64,000 nucleotides of DNA from an uncultured cyanobacterium. Lineage in GTDB: Bacteria; Cyanobacteriota; Cyanobacteriia; Cyanobacteriales; Nostocaceae. This document shows, in pieces, positions 59,324 to 64,000 of this stretch. The stretch is from assembly GCA_963706595.1 (NCBI GenBank), contig OY970166.1:1280001-1344000 (forward strand). The letters are read 5' to 3'. Position numbers and translations under genes: made by a program. The notes beneath the pieces are model-generated. The model worked only from the letters and a program-made list of their open reading frames with translations, did no database searches and was not told the origin of the DNA. The first letter of the stretch is position 1; the number at the start of each line of letters is the position of its first letter.

Positions 59324-61795
59324 TTAAGTCAAAATCGCCCCACCCATTAACCGTTCATAGCGGTATTTCAACTCAGCTTTCATCAAAGCCCAACGTTCCA
59401 AAGTTGCATCCATCTCGATTACCTTCTCCGCAACTTGTCTGGCTAACAGCAAAATTTCCTCATCTTCCACCAAACTGGCTAAAGTAAAATCGGCTACACC
59501 AGATTGACGAGTTCCCAGCACTTCCCCAGGACCACGAAACCGCATATCCATTTCCGAGATAAAAAAGCCATCCTGGGATTGTTCCAAAACCTTCAGCCGT
59601 TGTTGAGCATCAGCACTCTTAGAACTACTCATCAATAAACAGTAAGATTGAGCCGCACCACGACCAACACGCCCACGTAATTGATGTAGTTGTGATAAGC
59701 CAAATCTTTCAGCATTTTCAATCAGCATCACTGTTGCATTGGGTACATCTACACCGACTTCTACCACCGTAGTAGAAACCAATATTTGCGTTTGATTATC
59801 GCGGAATTTGGTAATCGCTTCGTCCTTATCTGCGGAACTCATCCGACCATGCAGCAACCCTACTTGAAAGTCAGGGAAAATACTTTCTTGTAACTTCTGA
59901 TGCTCTTCTACGGCTGACCGCAAGTCCAATTTTTCTGATTCTTCCACTAGAGGTAAAACTACATAAACTTGCCTTCCTTGGGCAATTTCTCGGCGGATTA
60001 AGTCGTAAGCTTCGGTGCGTTGTTTACCTGTTAATAAAGTTGTTTGAATTTTTTGCCGTCCTGGTGGTAACTCATCAATCTGGCTAACATTCATATCCCC
60101 ATGTATTGTTAATGCCAATGTCCGAGGAATAGGTGTGGCGGTCATAGTTAATACATGGGGTTGGTCGCCTTTTTGCTGTAACAACGCCCTTTGTTTCACG
60201 CCAAAACGATGTTGTTCATCAATCACCACTAAGCCCAATTGCTGAAAGTTTACAGAGTCTTGAATTAAGGCGTGAGTTCCCACTAATAGGGGTAATTCAC
60301 CGGTTCCTAACTGAGAGTGAATTTCTCGCCGCTTGGCAACTTTGGTAGAACCTGTCAGTAATTCCACGGGTAAATGCAACAGGTTAAACCAACTCACTAA
60401 CTTGCGGTAATGCTGTTCTGCTAAAACTTCCGTGGGAGCCATTAACGCTGCTTGATATCCCGATTGAATGGCGGCGAGGATCGCAATTACCGCCACTACT
60501 GTTTTACCCGAACCCACATCGCCTTGTATCAGCCGATTCATCGGGGTGGATTTTTCTAAGTCGTTGAGAATATCGTTGAGGACTCGTTGCTGTGCGCCGG
60601 TGAGTTGAAAAGGCAGAATTTCGGAGAATTTTTCGACTAGCTGACCTTTGGGGGCGAGAATAGCGCTGGTTTGGATTTGGCGGGCTTGGTGCTGACGTTG
60701 TAATAAGCCCAGTTGCAGGTAAAAGAATTCATCAAAGACGAGGCGACGACGAGCAGCTTGCAGAGTCATGCTGTCATCTGGAAAATGGATGTTCGCGATC
60801 GCATCCTTCAATTCCATCAAATTATACTTTGTCCTTAACCCTTTCGGCAAAGGATCTTTGAGGTGAACCGTAGCTGGTAAAGCCGCCGTTATCGCCTGTC
60901 TCACCATAGTTGCCATCACACCCTCAGTCAGAGCATAAATTGGCACTACCCGACCAATCGTCAACGAATCAATGGCATCTCCTGGATGTGCTAATACCTC
61001 AAGTTCCGGGTTATCCAGCGTCAAACCATATTTACTTTCCTTCACCAACCCACAAGCCGCCAAAATACTCCCCACTGGGTAACGGCGTTTTAAACCTTCT
61101 TGCCAACCGCGACTAGCAAAACGCGCCCCCGCAGAAAAGCGCGTAATTTTAATTTCACCAGTATTATCTTTGAGAACTAATTCTAAAATCGATAATTTCT
61201 TATTTCTAGGGCTAGTAAAACAGTTACAACGCTTGACATTAGCAATAATTGTCACCGTTTCACCCCCCTGCAATTCCCCGATATTCACCTGACGCGCATA
61301 GTCAATATGATCACGGGGATAGTAGTAAAGTAAATCACGCACAGTCAGCAAATTCAGCGCCGCTAATTTATCCGCCTGACGAGGCCCTATTTCTGGTAAA
61401 TCGCTGAGTTTTTGGTCAATGTTTGGCGCTAACCTCCGACTCACTTCTGCCACAATGGGCGATTTCGGTTGAGACTTCTGACGTTGGTATATCTGGTTTT
61501 TCTCTGTGCTACTTTCTTTTGGTTCTTGCTGTAGTTGGTAGAGATACCTCCGAGTTTCAGCTATTAAGTGTTGTCTTTCTGACTCTTCCAGATCGGGATA
61601 GTTAGCAAATTTCGCCGCTAGTTCTTGCCAACGGCCACGTTCTACAGAGGGCAAAGCTGTGGGGAATTTCCCAAAAGTCAAGCAGAGAAATTCACTGAAG
61701 CGGTATTGTTTGCCCATCAAGTCTGTAAAGCCTTTGTCAGCTTCTATTGCCAAGGCTTTCTGCAATCTTACCCAATCTGGTGTGTCATTAGTCAT
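59324..61795 (-). CDS. recG: ATP-dependent DNA helicase RecG
   Basis: QGDVGSGKT, DEQHRFG, MTATPIPRTL, QLRGRVGRG motifs. Confidence 0.97.
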   Translation of the reverse strand: MTNDTPDWVRLQKALAIEADKGFTDLMGKQYRFSEFLCLTFGKFPTALPSVERGRWQELAAKFANYPDLEESERQHLIAETRRYLYQLQQEPKESSTEKNQIYQRQKSQPKSPIVAEVSRRLAPNIDQKLSDLPEIGPRQADKLAALNLLTVRDLLYYYPRDHIDYARQVNIGELQGGETVTIIANVKRCNCFTSPRNKKLSILELVLKDNTGEIKITRFSAGARFASRGWQEGLKRRYPVGSILAACGLVKESKYGLTLDNPELEVLAHPGDAIDSLTIGRVVPIYALTEGVMATMVRQAITAALPATVHLKDPLPKGLRTKYNLMELKDAIANIHFPDDSMTLQAARRRLVFDEFFYLQLGLLQRQHQARQIQTSAILAPKGQLVEKFSEILPFQLTGAQQRVLNDILNDLEKSTPMNRLIQGDVGSGKTVVAVIAILAAIQSGYQAALMAPTEVLAEQHYRKLVSWFNLLHLPVELLTGSTKVAKRREIHSQLGTGELPLLVGTHALIQDSVNFQQLGLVVIDEQHRFGVKQRALLQQKGDQPHVLTMTATPIPRTLALTIHGDMNVSQIDELPPGRQKIQTTLLTGKQRTEAYDLIRREIAQGRQVYVVLPLVEESEKLDLRSAVEEHQKLQESIFPDFQVGLLHGRMSSADKDEAITKFRDNQTQILVSTTVVEVGVDVPNATVMLIENAERFGLSQLHQLRGRVGRGAAQSYCLLMSSSKSADAQQRLKVLEQSQDGFFISEMDMRFRGPGEVLGTRQSGVADFTLASLVEDEEILLLARQVAEKVIEMDATLERWALMKAELKYRYERLMGGAILT

Positions 61796-61978
61796 TGGTC
61801 ATTGGTCATTAGTCATTAGTCATTAGTCATTAGTCATTAGTCATTAGTCATTAGTCATTAGTCATTAGTCATTAGTCATTAGTCATTAGTCATTAGTCAT
61901 TGGTCATTGGGAAGTTACCGTCTTCTCCCCCCTGCTCCCTGCTCCCTGCTCCCCTGCTTCTTCCCCCACTCCCTACTC
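61784..61978. repeat. STRR tract of 18 x GTCATT(A/G) followed by the same linker/STRR cassette as at 257-386
   Basis: Heptamers at 61784-61909, then GGAAGTTACCGTCTTCTCCCCC and CCCTGCT repeats. Confidence 0.9.
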
Positions 61979-62887
61979 ATACCAACTCGCACGCCATGCA
62001 GATTCAGCTTCAGAAACTGAGCGTTCCCGTTGCTTTTTTTGATAATCTCGCCCTACCTTGTTTAGCTGAACTAATATCTGGCGAATTTGCCTGCGGTCAA
62101 ATGAGAGTTTGGTGTCGGCAAATTCAATTTCCCCCAATCTTAAATTAATCGCCATAATCTGTGTGAGTCTGGAGTCTTCTGGATCTTGCTCATTTTCAAT
62201 TTCCACTATCAAGTTTAAGAGGTTGGGTGGTCCTGGCATCACCTCGGCAGATGCTTCTGAAACAGCCGCAGCCGCTTCTAAAATTGGTTCTGGTAATTTC
62301 TTGGGTAAAATACTAGCTTTTTGTAATAAAAGATTTGCGTCGTGGGAAACCTTTTTTAGCACCTGTTGGATTAAATCTTCCAGCTTTTGTTGCCATTTTG
62401 CTAGTTCTATGGGATTGGTAGAATCAGGGTTGAAACTTTTCAGGGCTGAAGTTATCCGAGGCAAAGCAGATGATTCAGCTAACATATATGTTACTACCTC
62501 ATCTATGTCAAATCCCTTATCGCTCTCATCCTTCTCATTCTCCTCATTCTCCTCATTCTCCTCATTCTCCTCATTCTCCTCATCCGCCTCATCCGCCTCA
62601 TCTGCGTCACTCTGGAGATAAGAAAGTAATAACTCAGCCGCCTCTTGACCCAAATTGCGGATACCTTGCTGCAATTTTTGGCGCTGATTTAGAGATAACT
62701 TGAGAAAGTTTTCGGCATATCCTTGGGTGCATAGATGGTAACTTGCTAGAATCAACTGTTTCCGTACAGCTTGCCCCAAGGTAGTTAAATAACTGGCATA
62801 AGCATTGTGGAGTTCTGCCGCGATCGCGCGGATTGCTTCTTGCAAAGCTGCAATATCCCGTTCAATTAGCTCAATTGCTCTAGCCAT
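61973..62887 (-). CDS. Conserved cyanobacterial coiled-coil hypothetical protein
   Basis: Long clean ORF ([30 protein letters not shown]) with an acidic 9-bp repeat tract. Confidence 0.8.
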   Translation of the reverse strand: MARAIELIERDIAALQEAIRAIAAELHNAYASYLTTLGQAVRKQLILASYHLCTQGYAENFLKLSLNQRQKLQQGIRNLGQEAAELLLSYLQSDADEADEADEENEENEENEENEENEKDESDKGFDIDEVVTYMLAESSALPRITSALKSFNPDSTNPIELAKWQQKLEDLIQQVLKKVSHDANLLLQKASILPKKLPEPILEAAAAVSEASAEVMPGPPNLLNLIVEIENEQDPEDSRLTQIMAINLRLGEIEFADTKLSFDRRQIRQILVQLNKVGRDYQKKQRERSVSEAESAWRASWYE

Positions 62888-63267
62888 ATCTTCTCTAATT
62901 AATTACCCATACTTTATTATGGTACAAACGTACCTATTTTTATTTATCTGTGTTTATCTGAGTTGATCTGTGGTTCTTAACTCAATACCTTTCGGTTAAG
63001 GGATGTAGAGACGTTCCGTAGAAGTTCTCTACAAGGGTTTTCGGTTCACGAATTTGCTTAACCGAACAGTATTGGTTTTTAACTTCTTTGTACCCACTAC
63101 AAGACTCACTCACTTTGCTCAAAATCTCCCCTCTCCTTAGTAAGGAGAGGGGTTGGGGGTGAGGTTCTGCTCTCACTAACTAATAAAACACAGGCCAGTT
63201 AATTATGACTGACCTGTGATTATACAAGTGATGAGTTACAAAGGCAACTCCCAACTTCTAACTTAAG

Positions 63268-63999
63268 TTACTTGCTACCCATTTGTGCAGCCACTTCTTC
63301 AGCAAAACTCATTTCTTGCTTCTCAATGCCTTCACCCAGGATATAGCGCACAAAGCGATTAACTTTGATTTCTTCGCCGACTTTGGCTTTAACTTGTTTT
63401 ACCAAGTCTTCCACAGAAATGCTCTGATCACGAATGAAAGGCTGATCCAACAAAGTCAATTCTTTCAGGCGTTTTTCAATCCGTCCCTGAACAATTTTTT
63501 CTTTGATGTTTTGCGGTTTGTTACCTAAATCATCCCGCCCCATTTCAATTTCTGTTTCTTTTTGAGCAAATTCGGCGGGGATTTCGTCTACGCTGACATA
63601 CTCGACATTGGGACAAGCTGCAACTTGCATCGCCGCATTCTTAGCCAGAGTTTGAAACTCTTCATTCTGAGCTGCTGACTCAGTTTGGGCGTTCAGTTCC
63701 ACCAAAACACCAACTCGACCACCAGTGTGAATGTAGCTGTCTACAACACCTTGTTGGCTTTCTGGGAGGGCAAAATTGATAAAGCGACGTACCTGAATAT
63801 TTTCACCTAGCTGGGCAATGGTTTGCTTGATGAATTGGTCTACAGTTACGCTGGTTTCTTCAATATAGGGTTGAGCCAACAAAGACTCAACACTATCAGC
63901 AGTTGCTGCTTGCTGGGCTAAGTTCTTAACTAGAACTTTAAAAGCTTCGTTACGGGCAACAAAATCGGTTTGACAGTTAACTTCTATTAGCACACCCAC
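63268..63999 (-). CDS. tsf: Translation elongation factor Ts (5' part outside the window)
   Basis: [39 protein letters not shown]. Confidence 0.96.
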   Translation of the reverse strand: MGVLIEVNCQTDFVARNEAFKVLVKNLAQQAATADSVESLLAQPYIEETSVTVDQFIKQTIAQLGENIQVRRFINFALPESQQGVVDSYIHTGGRVGVLVELNAQTESAAQNEEFQTLAKNAAMQVAACPNVEYVSVDEIPAEFAQKETEIEMGRDDLGNKPQNIKEKIVQGRIEKRLKELTLLDQPFIRDQSISVEDLVKQVKAKVGEEIKVNRFVRYILGEGIEKQEMSFAEEVAAQMGSK

Positions 64000-64000
64000 T

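Overview
This is a chromosomal segment of a filamentous heterocystous cyanobacterium (Nostocales, inferred from abundant HIP1 GCGATCGC octamers, heptameric STRR repeats, ndhS, and PEP-CTERM, Uma2 and DUF29 genes). Housekeeping genes include mtnP, sat, mnmA, frmA/fghA, avtA, rimM, ndhS, UDP-sugar enzymes, recG and a partial tsf. Main accessory features: (1) An IS630 element with a -1 frameshift, flanked in tandem by MITEs with the same ends. (2) A cobalt/cobalamin island: coaT with a MerR-type 20-bp-spacer promoter, coaR, and a btuB-ferredoxin-btuF-btuC operon that lacks an ATPase gene and lies downstream of a Zur-like box and a cobalamin riboswitch. (3) A PstS-like membrane protein with five DUF4912 repeats. 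(4) A caspase-STAND-WD40 NLR-like protein next to a small secreted protein, plus a Tat-exported pseudo-caspase. (5) A Ser/Thr kinase bracketed by inverted repeats. (6) A toxin-antitoxin island with hicAB, two antitoxin pseudogenes, and a small ORF with a predicted cis-antisense RNA that resembles an undescribed type I TA-like module. Many small mobile repeats (MITEs, REP-like hairpins, STRRs) are nested in each other or inserted in frame into genes. All family assignments come from motif recognition by eye; no database search was run.
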